56,479 nt of DNA, taken from positions 1-56,479 of the forward strand of contig VBJD01000034.1 of assembly GCA_005887995.1 (NCBI GenBank), given 5' to 3'. The stretch comes from Chloroflexota bacterium (GTDB lineage Bacteria; Chloroflexota; Limnocylindria; P2-11E). How positions within the stretch are numbered: the stretch's first letter is position 1; each line of letters opens with the position of its first letter. Shown here piece by piece: positions 7,971 to 16,685 of this stretch. Under the pieces are notes generated by a model. It had not been told where the DNA came from. It saw nothing but the letters and a program-made list of their open reading frames with translations, and searched no databases. The translations under genes were made by a program, and so were the position numbers.

Positions 7971-8477
7971 GTGGCCGCCCCCAAGGGACGCAACAAGATC
8001 GCGACCGAGACGAAGACGCTCAAGGTCGGCGATGTCGCTCCCGACTTCACCCTGCGCGCGCACGACGGCAGCGAGGTCACGCTGTCGGCGTACCGCGGCC
8101 GGCGCGTCGTCCTCGCGTTCTTCGCGTTCGCGTTCACCAACACCTGAAACAGCGAGGCGCCCGCGCTGAACTCGCTGCAGGAGCGGTTCGCGGGCGGCGG
8201 TGCCCAGGTCGTGGGCATCTCGTGCGACACGGTCTACACGCTGAAGAAGTGGGCCGAGGACCTCGGCGGCGTGAAGTACCCGCTCGCATCGGACTTCTGG
8301 CCGCACGGCGCGGTGAGCATGAAGTACGGCGTCTTCAACGAGGAGATCGGCCGTCCCGAGCGCTCGATCATCGTCGTCGACGCGGCGGGCATCGTGCGCT
8401 ACATCGACGTGCACCAGCTGCGCGAGGTGCCGGATGACGAGGAGATCGCGGACGAGCTGAAGAAGCTGGAAGGCTGA
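7971..8477 (+). CDS. AhpE-like 1-Cys peroxiredoxin with in-frame TGA (8145-8147) at the peroxidatic Cys position: candidate selenoprotein, otherwise a nonsense pseudogene
   Basis: GTG 7971 and the track ORF at 8211 are in the same frame. The upstream half reads [42 protein letters not shown]-[TGA]-NSE. The downstream half reads GISCD...[22 protein letters not shown]...ERSIIVVD. Both align with the AhpE/Prx fold as I recall it. Confidence 0.7.
8150..8177 (+). promoter_or_regulatory. SECIS-like stem-loop starting 3 nt after the in-frame TGA
   Basis: The lower stem is CAGCGAG (8150-8156) paired with CTCGCTG (8171-8177). The upper stem is GCG (8157-8159) paired with CGC (8164-8166). The apical loop is CCCG and there is a 3' bulge TGAA. 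Confidence 0.4.
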
Positions 8478-8501
8478 TCCAGAGGGCCGACCGGTGCGTG
8501 A

Positions 8502-8954
8502 TCAGCCGCGCGTCGGAATGAGGTAGGCCTTTCCCTCGCCGTCGATCGTGAACTCCACGGCATCGCCGACGCGCATGGCTCCGAGCGTGTCGCCACGGAC
8601 CAGGACGTCGGCCCCGCAGTCGATCACCGCGATCTCGCCGGTCTCCTTCACGGTGCCTGAGACCGTCGCGTTCGGCGCGACGATGCCGCGGCTCGCGCTC
8701 GCCTCGCCGGTGCCGGCGTGCACGTCCTTCGCCCGGTACTCGATCGCCATGAAGATCCGATCGCCGATCGCGAGGCGGCCCTTGCGCACCGCGCCCGTCG
8801 CGTCCTGACCGCGCATATCGAGCCGCTCGCCGAGATCGCCGACGCGCAGCGTCACGATGATGTCCCCGCGTGTGCCGTCGAGCGCGACCACGACGCCGCG
8901 CGACGCCTTCTGGCGCCACTTCTCGATGAACGCGAGCTGCTCGAAGTCCAGCAT
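8502..8954 (-). CDS. Hypothetical protein (beta-rich, no recognised family)
   Basis: I trimmed the track ORF 8502-9011 to the internal ATG at 8954 (MLDFEQLAF...), so that it does not overlap the divergent HAD gene. Confidence 0.45.
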   Translation of the reverse strand: MLDFEQLAFIEKWRQKASRGVVVALDGTRGDIIVTLRVGDLGERLDMRGQDATGAVRKGRLAIGDRIFMAIEYRAKDVHAGTGEASASRGIVAPNATVSGTVKETGEIAVIDCGADVLVRGDTLGAMRVGDAVEFTIDGEGKAYLIPTRG

Positions 8955-8973
8955 CGCTCCGTACGATAGCCAC

Positions 8974-9744
8974 GTGAGTCTTCGGGCCGCGTTCTTCGAC
9001 GTCGGCGACACACTCGTCGATCACTGGGCGCCGCCGGAGCAGCTACACGAGCTCCTGCGCGAAGCCTTGCGACGCGAGTACGGGGAGCGCGCCTGGTACG
9101 AGCGGTGGATCACCGGGAAAGTCGAACCCGCTCGCACGGCCGAGGGCGACCTCGCGGCGATCGCGGCTGGTGAGGAGGAGATCTTCCGACAGGAGACCCT
9201 CCGCTGGTACGAGGACTGGTTCCGCAACGCGGCCGTCGGCATCGACGACGTCGAGATGGATCGACTGCGCTCGGTGATGTCCGTTCCGCTCGACCTCGTG
9301 TCGACGCCGGTCCCAGGTGCGTTCGCGGCGCTCCGCTGGTGCAAGGCGAAGGGCCTCAAGGTCGTGCTCGTCACCAACACGCTCTCGCGCGGCGACGACG
9401 AGGCGTGGGAGGACTGGCGGCGCTTCGGGCTCGCGGATGCGATCGACGGCATCGTGAGCTCGCACAGCCTTGGCTGGCAGAAGCCGCACCGGCGCATCTT
9501 CGAGCGCGCACTGGAGATCGCGGGCGCAAAGCCGGAGGAGGCGGTGATGGTCGGCGACCGCATGCTCGCCGACATCTGGGGCGCCAAGCGTCTTGGCATG
9601 CGCGCGGTGCTGCGCCGCACGCCTCACGAGCAGGCCGCTGCCGATGTCACGCCGGACGCGGTCATCGACGACCTCACCGAACTGCCCGGCGTGATTGCTC
9701 CCTGGCTCGCGCGGCCGGCCGCGGACGCCTCACGAACGCGCTAG
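8974..9744 (+). CDS. HAD-superfamily hydrolase (subfamily IA-like)
   Basis: Motifs present are FFDVGDTLV (motif I-like), VLVTNT (motif II), and K...MVGD (motifs III/IV). The start is set at GTG 8974, just before motif I. Confidence 0.75.
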   Translation: MSLRAAFFDVGDTLVDHWAPPEQLHELLREALRREYGERAWYERWITGKVEPARTAEGDLAAIAAGEEEIFRQETLRWYEDWFRNAAVGIDDVEMDRLRSVMSVPLDLVSTPVPGAFAALRWCKAKGLKVVLVTNTLSRGDDEAWEDWRRFGLADAIDGIVSSHSLGWQKPHRRIFERALEIAGAKPEEAVMVGDRMLADIWGAKRLGMRAVLRRTPHEQAAADVTPDAVIDDLTELPGVIAPWLARPAADASRTR

Positions 9745-9766
9745 GGATCGCCGGGCCGCGCAATAT

Positions 9767-10396
9767 GTGCGCGTGACGGCCTCGCGCGACGAGATGGTCC
9801 GCCAGCTCCGGCGCATGGGCATCCGCGATCCGCGCGTCCTCACCGCGATGGCACGCGTCCCGCGCGAGGAGCTCGTCCGCGAGGAGGATCGCCCGGTCGC
9901 GTACGGCGATCACGCCCTGCCGATCGGGGAGGGTCAGACGATCTCGCAGCCGTACGTCGTCGCGCGCATGACCGAGCTGCTCGACGTTGGGCCGGGCCAC
10001 CACGTCCTCGAGGTCGGCACGGGCTCGGGGTACCAAGCCGCCGTGCTCGGTGAGATCGCGAACGATGTCGTCAGCGTCGAGCGCCACAAGCCGCTCGCCG
10101 ACGTCGCCCGTGAGCGGCTCCGCCGTCTCGGCTACGACAACGTTCGTGTCGTCCACGACGACGCGTCACTGGGCTTTCCGCAGGAGGCGCCGTACGACCG
10201 CATCATCGTGACGGCCGCGACGCCGCGCATCGATCCCGCGCTCGCGGCACAGCTCACCGACGACGGACTCCTCGTCGCGCCGATCGGCGACGAGGAGATG
10301 CAGGAGCTCGTCGTGCGGGACGCGCACGGACACGAGCAGCGACACGGCGCCGTCCGTTTCGTGCCGCTGCGGGGGCGGGCCGGCTTCAAGCAGTGA
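9767..10396 (+). CDS. pcm: Protein-L-isoaspartate O-methyltransferase
   Basis: Motifs present are GQTISQPYVVARM, VLEVGTGSGYQAAVL and RIIVTAA. The start is ambiguous among GTG 9767, GTG 9773 and ATG 9794. Confidence 0.85.
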   Translation: MRVTASRDEMVRQLRRMGIRDPRVLTAMARVPREELVREEDRPVAYGDHALPIGEGQTISQPYVVARMTELLDVGPGHHVLEVGTGSGYQAAVLGEIANDVVSVERHKPLADVARERLRRLGYDNVRVVHDDASLGFPQEAPYDRIIVTAATPRIDPALAAQLTDDGLLVAPIGDEEMQELVVRDAHGHEQRHGAVRFVPLRGRAGFKQ

Positions 10397-12072
10397 GCCC
10401 CAACGCGCTGCTGCTGCACGGCGGTCGGGTGCACGTGGGGGACGGGCGCGCCGCTGAGGCGATCCTCATGCGCGACGGCCGCGTGGCCGCGGTCGGCGAT
10501 GCGCGGCAGCTCCGACGGGAAGCGTCGGACGCGGAGATGGTCGACGTCCGCGGCGGACTCATCGTGCCGGGCTGGTGCGACGCGCACGTGCACTTCCTGT
10601 GGTGGTCGTTCCAGATGACGCAGCTCGACCTGCGCGAGACGCGGAACCTGGACGAGGCGCTCGCCAGCATCGACCGGTTCGCGAAGCGGCTGCGGCCGGA
10701 CGCATGGCTCGTCGGCGGCCGCTTCGACAAGAACCTCTGGGGGCGCTGGCCCAACGCGGCGGAGCTCGATCGCGTGAGCGGCGATCGACCGGCGGTGCTG
10801 CGCAGCCGCGATGGCCACTCGCGCTGGCTGAACACACACACGCTCGCGCTCGCTGGGATCGACGCGACCACGGCGGATCCAGGCGGCGGTCGGATCGGAC
10901 GTGACCGCGAGGGCAAGCCCGACGGCATCCTCTACGAGAACGCGACGCGACTCGCGGACGCTGTGATCCCGCTGCCGACCGCGGACGATTGCCTTGACGC
11001 GCTGCGACGTGGGCAACAGGAGGCCTGGCGACGCGGCGTCGTCGGGATCGAAGACCTGGAGGACGCGTTCGCCTACCAGGCGTGGCAGCGCCTCCATGCC
11101 GGCGGTGAGCTCGGCATCCGCGTCGCGATGGGCATCCCGTACCGCGGTCCGCAGGTCGCGGCACGCGCGGGCGACCGTCAGATGTTCGCGTCGATGTCGC
11201 GCAATCCGGTCATCGAGGATCTCGATCGTGCGAACGTCTCCGCGCCGGCGCACGACTTCGCCACCGCGCTCGCGAAAGCGATGCGCACCGGCGACGGCGA
11301 CGCGTGGCTGCGTATCGGACACCTGAAGATCTTCACCGACGGCGCGCTCGGCTCGCAGACCGCGGCGCTGGAAGAGCCGTACGACGGGACGAGCGATCGC
11401 GGCATCCTCACCATCGACCGCGCGGAGATCATCGACGCCGTCGCGCGCGCCGCGAATGCCGGCATCGCCGTCGCGATCCACGCCATCGGCGACCGCGCCG
11501 TCCACCTCGCGCTCGACGCGATCGAGCCGACGCGCGCGAGCGCGCCGCAGCTGCGCCAGAAGGTCGAGCACGTGCAGCTCGTGCGCGAGGACGACCTCGG
11601 TCGCTTCGCGAAGCTCGGCGTCATCGCGTCGATGCAACCGATCCACGCGACGAGTGACCGCGATCTCGCCGACCGCTACTGGGGGCCGCAGCGCATCAAA
11701 CGGGCGTACCCCTGGCGGACGTTCCTCGCGAGCGGCGTCGTGCTCGCCTTCGGATCGGACGCGCCGGTCGAGCCGATCGATCCGCTCCTCGGCATTCACG
11801 CAGCGGTCGCGCGACGCCGTCCGAACGACGCGGCTGCCTGGACGCCCGAGCAGCGGCTCACCGTCGACGAAGCGCTGGCGGGCTACGCGAGCGGGGCGGC
11901 GTACGCGCTTGGACGCGAACATGAAGCGGGCACGCTCACCGTCGGGATGATGGCGGACGCGACGGTGCTCGACCGTGACATCACGCGCGTGAAAGAGCAG
12001 GAGCTGCTCGACGCGCGCGTCCGCGCGACGATCACCGGCGGCGTCGTTCGCTACTCGGACGGAGTCGGCTAG
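10393..12072 (+). CDS. Amidohydrolase-family metal-dependent hydrolase (Amidohydro_3/YtcJ-like)
   Basis: It carries PGWCDAHVHF (HxH metal motif), IAVAIHAIGDRA and GSDAPVEP. Its GTGA start overlaps the pcm stop. Confidence 0.8.
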   Translation: MSPNALLLHGGRVHVGDGRAAEAILMRDGRVAAVGDARQLRREASDAEMVDVRGGLIVPGWCDAHVHFLWWSFQMTQLDLRETRNLDEALASIDRFAKRLRPDAWLVGGRFDKNLWGRWPNAAELDRVSGDRPAVLRSRDGHSRWLNTHTLALAGIDATTADPGGGRIGRDREGKPDGILYENATRLADAVIPLPTADDCLDALRRGQQEAWRRGVVGIEDLEDAFAYQAWQRLHAGGELGIRVAMGIPYRGPQVAARAGDRQMFASMSRNPVIEDLDRANVSAPAHDFATALAKAMRTGDGDAWLRIGHLKIFTDGALGSQTAALEEPYDGTSDRGILTIDRAEIIDAVARAANAGIAVAIHAIGDRAVHLALDAIEPTRASAPQLRQKVEHVQLVREDDLGRFAKLGVIASMQPIHATSDRDLADRYWGPQRIKRAYPWRTFLASGVVLAFGSDAPVEPIDPLLGIHAAVARRRPNDAAAWTPEQRLTVDEALAGYASGAAYALGREHEAGTLTVGMMADATVLDRDITRVKEQELLDARVRATITGGVVRYSDGVG

Positions 12073-13025
12073 TTACAGCTGGCGGGGTCGGTCGTCACGA
12101 TCACGACGTAATGCGCACGCTTCAAGTCAGCGCTCGTGTATGTGTGACACCAAATCTCGCGATCGCCTTGATTCGCTGAGAACGGATAACTCGATCTCGG
12201 AAACTGGCCAGTCGAGCGTGTCTGTCGTGCGCCGACAACCATGCCATAGGCGGGCTGTCCGCGTGTCGTAAAGAAGGTGATCACCTCGTCTGTGTCGTTC
12301 CTCACGTCGAACGGCTGAATTGGATCACCCATGATCGGGCCGCCGAAGGTGGAAACAAGCCACGCCGGAATCACGATTAAGACGAACGCGAGAGCAACGA
12401 CGATGTCATTGGCGACGCGCAACCATGCACGCCTGGAGGGCACGCCCCTTGGTCTCCAACCGTTCGCGATCCGTGAGGCGAAGCGCCAGGTCCAGATCAT
12501 GAACGGTAGAAAGAAGAGAGGACCGCCGACGACCGGCAGCGGGTCCTCATTGCGGATGTTGACGAGTCCCCAGACGACGAGCGTGCCACCGAGGATCGTG
12601 CCGAGCACCGATTGAGTGACCGTGGCTCGGCGCACGCCTAGGCCAATGAGCCAGAGGCCTATACCGATCCAACCGAGTACCACGAGGCGCCAGAATTGAT
12701 CGACCGGCGCGACTGGCAGACCGAGGGCTCCTACGGTCGCGACGAAGGAGCTGCCCATACCGGTAATCCGCAGCACGCGTTCTGCGATGCCCGACGGCGT
12801 CAGGGTGAGATACGCAAGCATCCCGCAACCGGCTGCTGCTGCCGCATTACCGGCCGCCGCCGCCCAACCGGTGTAACCGCAGCCAAAGAGTTCCCATATG
12901 CCGTAGCGCAGGCACGACCCTAAGAAGGTGTACGCCCACGCGAATCCAAGGCCGCCGCCCGCGAGCAGCGCCGCACATGCAATCGCCATCACGCGGCGAT
13001 CGAGTGGCCGCGCTGCTTCATTCAT
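12069..13025 (-). CDS. Hypothetical multi-pass membrane protein with a C-terminal soluble domain
   Basis: Several hydrophobic helices are visible (AIACAALLAGGGLGFAWAY, LVVLGWIGIGLWLIGLGV and others). I trimmed to ATG 13025 (MNEAARPL...). GC looks lower than in the neighbours. Confidence 0.55.
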   Translation of the reverse strand: MNEAARPLDRRVMAIACAALLAGGGLGFAWAYTFLGSCLRYGIWELFGCGYTGWAAAAGNAAAAAGCGMLAYLTLTPSGIAERVLRITGMGSSFVATVGALGLPVAPVDQFWRLVVLGWIGIGLWLIGLGVRRATVTQSVLGTILGGTLVVWGLVNIRNEDPLPVVGGPLFFLPFMIWTWRFASRIANGWRPRGVPSRRAWLRVANDIVVALAFVLIVIPAWLVSTFGGPIMGDPIQPFDVRNDTDEVITFFTTRGQPAYGMVVGARQTRSTGQFPRSSYPFSANQGDREIWCHTYTSADLKRAHYVVIVTTDPASCN

Positions 13026-13080
13026 GAGCGGGGACGGTACTCTCCGCGCGTTACAGATCAGGGTCTGCTTGGAGAGCACG

Positions 13081-14274
13081 GTGAGCGGTGACGGCGCGCT
13101 CGAGGGTGTGCGCGTCCTCGATCTCACGCGCGCGCTCGCGGGTCCGTACTGCACGCTCATGCTCGGCGACCACGGCGCCGATGTCGTGAAGGTGGAGATC
13201 CCAGGCGAGGGTGACGAGACGCGGTCGTGGATGCCGCCGGCGATGGGCGGCGTGTCTGCGTACTACCTCGCGATCAATCGCAACAAGCGCAGCGTGACGC
13301 TCGATCTGAAGCACCCTGACGGCAAGCGTGTCCTTGAGCGGATGATCGAGCGATCAGACGTCGTCGTTGAGAACTTCAGCCCGGGTGTGCTCGCGCGTCT
13401 CGGCTTCCCCGACGATCGCATCCGCGCGATCAACCGGCGCGCGATCGTCTGCCATGTCAGCGGCTTCGGTCAGGATGGACCCGGCCGCGCGTGGCCGGCG
13501 TACGACCTCATCGTGCAGGGGATGGGCGGGATCATGAGCCTCACCGGCGAGCCCGGCAGCGAACCGGTCATGGTCGGCGTCCCGCAGGCCGACATGGTCG
13601 CGGGTATGTTCGCGGCCTTCGCTATCGTCGCTGCGCTGCACGCGCGCGAGCGCACCGGTGAGGGGCAGGTGATCGACGCGACGATGATCGGCGGGCAGGT
13701 CGCGCTGCTGTCGCGGCAGGCCGCGCGCTACTTCGCCGACGGGACGGTGCCCGGGCGCGAGGGCAACGTGCACGCCTCGATCGTCCCGTACCAGACGTTC
13801 CGCGCGGCCGACGGCCACGTGAACATCGGCGTCGCGAACAACGCGCTCTTCGAGCGCTTCTGCCGAGCGCTCGAGCTCGAGGAGCTGCTGGACGACGCGC
13901 GCTTCGTCGACAACCCGACGCGCGTCGCGCATCGCAGGGACCTCGTCCCGCTCATCGAACGGCGGATCGCGTCGCTGCCGAAGGCGGAGGTGGTCCGCCG
14001 CTTGCGTGAGGCGAACGTGCCGGTGGGTCCGATCAACGCGCTCGACGAGGTCTTTGCCGACCCGGTCATCCGTCACCTCAGGCTCGTCGCCGAGGTCGAC
14101 CATCCTGTCGCTGGTCGCGTGCGCGCGCCGGGCATTCCGGTGCGGATGTCGGGGACGCCGCCGTCGGTGCGCGGCCATCCGCCGCTCCTCGGCGAGCACA
14201 CCGATGAGGTGCTGCGCGACCTCGGCTACAGCGCCGACGAGATCGACGCGCTACGACGGGACGGTGCGGTCTAG
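13081..14274 (+). CDS. CoA-transferase family III (CaiB/BaiF-like)
   Basis: It reads LEGVRVLDLTRALAGPYCTLMLGDHGADVVKVE, plus the typical central and C-terminal regions. GTG 13081 is preceded by GGAGAG. Confidence 0.85.
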   Translation: MSGDGALEGVRVLDLTRALAGPYCTLMLGDHGADVVKVEIPGEGDETRSWMPPAMGGVSAYYLAINRNKRSVTLDLKHPDGKRVLERMIERSDVVVENFSPGVLARLGFPDDRIRAINRRAIVCHVSGFGQDGPGRAWPAYDLIVQGMGGIMSLTGEPGSEPVMVGVPQADMVAGMFAAFAIVAALHARERTGEGQVIDATMIGGQVALLSRQAARYFADGTVPGREGNVHASIVPYQTFRAADGHVNIGVANNALFERFCRALELEELLDDARFVDNPTRVAHRRDLVPLIERRIASLPKAEVVRRLREANVPVGPINALDEVFADPVIRHLRLVAEVDHPVAGRVRAPGIPVRMSGTPPSVRGHPPLLGEHTDEVLRDLGYSADEIDALRRDGAV

Positions 14275-14277
14275 CCG

Positions 14278-15183
14278 GTGGCGGACATCCTCGTTGTCGG
14301 GTCGCTCGCGTACGACGACGTGCGCACGCCATTCGCGAGCCGCGAGGGCGTGCTCGGTGGAGCGGCGTCGTACTTCGCCATGGCCGCCGCGCTGTACGGG
14401 AGCGTGCGCCTCGTGGGCGTCGTGGGTGAGGACTTTCGTGAGGACGACATCCGGCGCCTTCGGCGGCGTGGCGTCGACGTTCGCGGCATCGAACGTCGTC
14501 CCGGCAAGTCGTTCCGCTGGACCGGCACGTACGACTTCGTGAGTGACACCGCAGAGACGATCAACACCGAGCTCGGCGTCTTCGGCGACTGGCGGCCGCA
14601 CATCCCCGAGGCGTACGCGGACAGCGAGTTCGTCTTCCTCGCGAACATCCATCCGGAGATCCAGCTCGCCACGCTCGAGCAGATCCGCAGACCGAAGGTC
14701 GTCGCCCTCGACACGATGAACTACTGGATCGACCACAACCGCGACGACCTCATCCGGGTCATGCGCAAGGTCGACGTCGTGACCATCAACGAGGGTGAAG
14801 CCCGTCAGCTTTATCAGACGTTCAAGATCATCAAGGCCGCGCGCGAGATCCTCTCGCTCGGCCCGCGCGTGCTCGTCGTGAAGCGCGGAGAGGACGGTGC
14901 GGCGCTCTTCACGAAAGAAGGTTCGTTCTGGGCGCCTGCGTATCCGCTCGAGGACACCATCGACCCCACGGGCGCGGGTGACACTTTCGCCGGCGGTTTC
15001 CTCGGCTACATCGCCGAGTGTGGCGGCTACGACGATCCCGGTGTGCTGCGACGGGCCGTCCTTCACGGGACCGTCTGCGCCTCGTTCTCGGTCGAGCGTT
15101 TCAGCGTCGACGGCATCCTGGCGGTCGACCGGGGCGCGGTGGACGCGCGGTACCGCGCGCTTGAAGAGCTCATCCGCGTTTAG
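14278..15183 (+). CDS. PfkB-family carbohydrate/nucleoside kinase
   Basis: It has the ribokinase-like layout with the signature DPTGAGDTFAGGF. Confidence 0.8.
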   Translation: MADILVVGSLAYDDVRTPFASREGVLGGAASYFAMAAALYGSVRLVGVVGEDFREDDIRRLRRRGVDVRGIERRPGKSFRWTGTYDFVSDTAETINTELGVFGDWRPHIPEAYADSEFVFLANIHPEIQLATLEQIRRPKVVALDTMNYWIDHNRDDLIRVMRKVDVVTINEGEARQLYQTFKIIKAAREILSLGPRVLVVKRGEDGAALFTKEGSFWAPAYPLEDTIDPTGAGDTFAGGFLGYIAECGGYDDPGVLRRAVLHGTVCASFSVERFSVDGILAVDRGAVDARYRALEELIRV

Positions 15184-15194
15184 CGCACCTCGGG

Positions 15195-15214
15195 AACCGC
15201 ACGCGCGTGCGGTT
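15195..15214 (+). terminator. Hairpin AACCGCAC-GCGC-GTGCGGTT after the PfkB gene
   Basis: It is a perfect 8-bp stem with a 4-nt loop, 12 nt after the stop, and is followed by GT only, so the U-tract is weak. Confidence 0.4.
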
Positions 15215-15238
15215 GTAGAGGGGGTGGAGACCGACTCA

Positions 15239-15802
15239 GTGGAGGGCCGGCCACTGGAGGACCCCGAACTCGTGGAACGGAGCAGGCACGGCGATCAGGA
15301 CGCCTACGCGGAGCTTGTGACGCGCTACCAGGCGCTCGCTGCGCGGACGGCGTACGTGATCACCGGCTCGGAGGATGACGCTCAGGACGCGGCGCAGGAG
15401 GGATTCGTGAAGGCGTACTACGCGCTCGACCGCTTCCGCGCGGGCGCGCCCTTTCGCCCCTGGCTGCTCCGCATCGTCGCGAACGAGGCGATCAACCGCC
15501 GCAAGGCGCGCGGTCGCCGTCCGACGGTCGGTCTCAGCATGGCCATGGACCGCCCCTCGCCCGACACGGCCCTGTCGCCCGAGGGCGCGGCCCTGGCCAG
15601 CGAGCGCCGCGAGCGCGTGCTCGCCGCGCTGCGTGAGATGCGCGAAGAGGATCGTGTCGTGATCGCGTACCGCTACTTCTTCGATCTCTCCGAGGCGGAG
15701 ATGGCCCAGGCGCTGGACGTTGCGCGCGGTACGGTGAAGTCACGGCTCTCACGCGCGATCGCGAGGCTTCGCGAACACATGGGTGAGGAGACCGCCGAGT
15801 GA
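15239..15802 (+). CDS. ECF-type sigma-70 family RNA polymerase sigma factor
   Basis: Region 2 reads DAQDAAQEGFVKAYYALDRFR...FRPWLLRIVANEAINRRK. Region 4 reads YFFDLSEAEMAQALDVARGTVKSRLSRA. The part of the track ORF upstream of 15239 overlaps the PfkB gene and I rejected it. Confidence 0.85.
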   Translation: MEGRPLEDPELVERSRHGDQDAYAELVTRYQALAARTAYVITGSEDDAQDAAQEGFVKAYYALDRFRAGAPFRPWLLRIVANEAINRRKARGRRPTVGLSMAMDRPSPDTALSPEGAALASERRERVLAALREMREEDRVVIAYRYFFDLSEAEMAQALDVARGTVKSRLSRAIARLREHMGEETAE

Positions 15803-16578
15803 CTGAGCGAATACACGACGACGAGCTCGAGCGGACGCTCGCCGAGGTGGGCGAGCGGCTCGCGTACCCGCGCTCGACGGCCATCGCTGCCGCGGTGCGC
15901 GCGCGCATTGCGCGGCCGCGCTCTCGGTGGTCGGCAATCTTCGGTCGCCCGCTCGCGCCGGCGCTCGTCACAGCCGCGCTGCTCTTGCTCATCAGCGCGT
16001 TCGCGTTGCCCGACGTGCGCAGTGCTGCAGCCGAGTTCCTCCACCTGCGCGGCATCGACATCTTCCCGGTGCCGAGCGTGCCCGCCACCGCGACCGGCGC
16101 GCCGCTGCCGCTGTCGGGGGAGCGCGTCACCTTGGACGAGGCACGGCGTCGTGTGCACTTCACCATCCGCGTGCCTGCCGAACTCGGCGCCCCCGATGAC
16201 GTGTTCGTCGAGACGAGCGGCCCCAGCGAGCGGGTCACGCTCGCCTATCGCGAGCGCGCCGGCATACCGCAGTCGAAACAGCTCGGCATCGCGGTGCTCG
16301 TGGGCGAGTTCCGCGGGACCCTCGAAGAGGTCCTGCTCGGAAAGGCCGCGGGGCCGGGTACGAAGATCGAGCCCGTTTCGATCAATGGCGGGCGCGGATT
16401 CTGGCTCGAGGGCGAGCCGCACCTCTTCTTCTATCGCGAGCCGTCGGGCGATGTCCGCCAGGACACGCTCCGCCTCGCGGGCAACACGCTCGTCTGGGAA
16501 CAGGACGGCGTGACGATGCGCCTCGAGGCGCAGGTCACGAAGGAACAGGCGCTGCGGATCGCGGGTACATTCCGTTAG
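15799..16578 (+). CDS. Putative anti-sigma factor (single-pass membrane, DUF4367-like C-terminal domain)
   Basis: Its GTGA start overlaps the sigma gene stop. There is one TM helix, LAPALVTAALLLLISAFAL. The extracytoplasmic domain ends ...LVWEQDGVTMRLEAQVTKEQALRIAGTF. Confidence 0.6.
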   Translation: MTERIHDDELERTLAEVGERLAYPRSTAIAAAVRARIARPRSRWSAIFGRPLAPALVTAALLLLISAFALPDVRSAAAEFLHLRGIDIFPVPSVPATATGAPLPLSGERVTLDEARRRVHFTIRVPAELGAPDDVFVETSGPSERVTLAYRERAGIPQSKQLGIAVLVGEFRGTLEEVLLGKAAGPGTKIEPVSINGGRGFWLEGEPHLFFYREPSGDVRQDTLRLAGNTLVWEQDGVTMRLEAQVTKEQALRIAGTFR

Positions 16579-16618
16579 ACGCGCGGCCCGCGCGGTTGCC
16601 GCCTGACGAAACCCTGAC

Positions 16619-16647
16619 TTGACAGAGTGAAACGGTCGGAATCGAAT
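16619..16647 (+). promoter_or_regulatory. Candidate sigma-70-type promoter TTGACA-N17-TCGAAT upstream of the TRAP operon
   Basis: A perfect -35 hexamer lies at 16619-16624, with a 17-nt spacer and a weak -10 at 16642-16647. GGAGG at 16671-16675 precedes GTG 16686. Confidence 0.3.
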
Positions 16648-16685
16648 GAGGCCGCCGTCCCAGTTGGGTTGGAGGTGGACTACTG

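Noticed and set aside
8145-8147. The in-frame TGAs (8145 and 4322) could indicate a genome-wide TGA-sense genetic code.
   Set aside because: TGA terminates many well-supported genes here, including coupled GTGA/ATGA junctions (10394-10396, 15800-15802, 22203-22205, 23609-23611, 46151-46153). A global reassignment is therefore untenable, and only site-specific recoding remains plausible.
14897-15238. An N-terminal extension of the sigma-factor ORF starting at 14897.
   Set aside because: It overlaps the 3' third of the PfkB kinase gene in another frame and translates to Ser/Arg-rich junk. Sigma region 2 begins after GTG 15239.
16579-16618. The GC palindrome CGCGCGGCCCGCGCGG after the anti-sigma gene could be a terminator.
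   Set aside because: Any hairpin would have at most 5 bp with a cramped loop and no U-tract, so the evidence is too weak to report.
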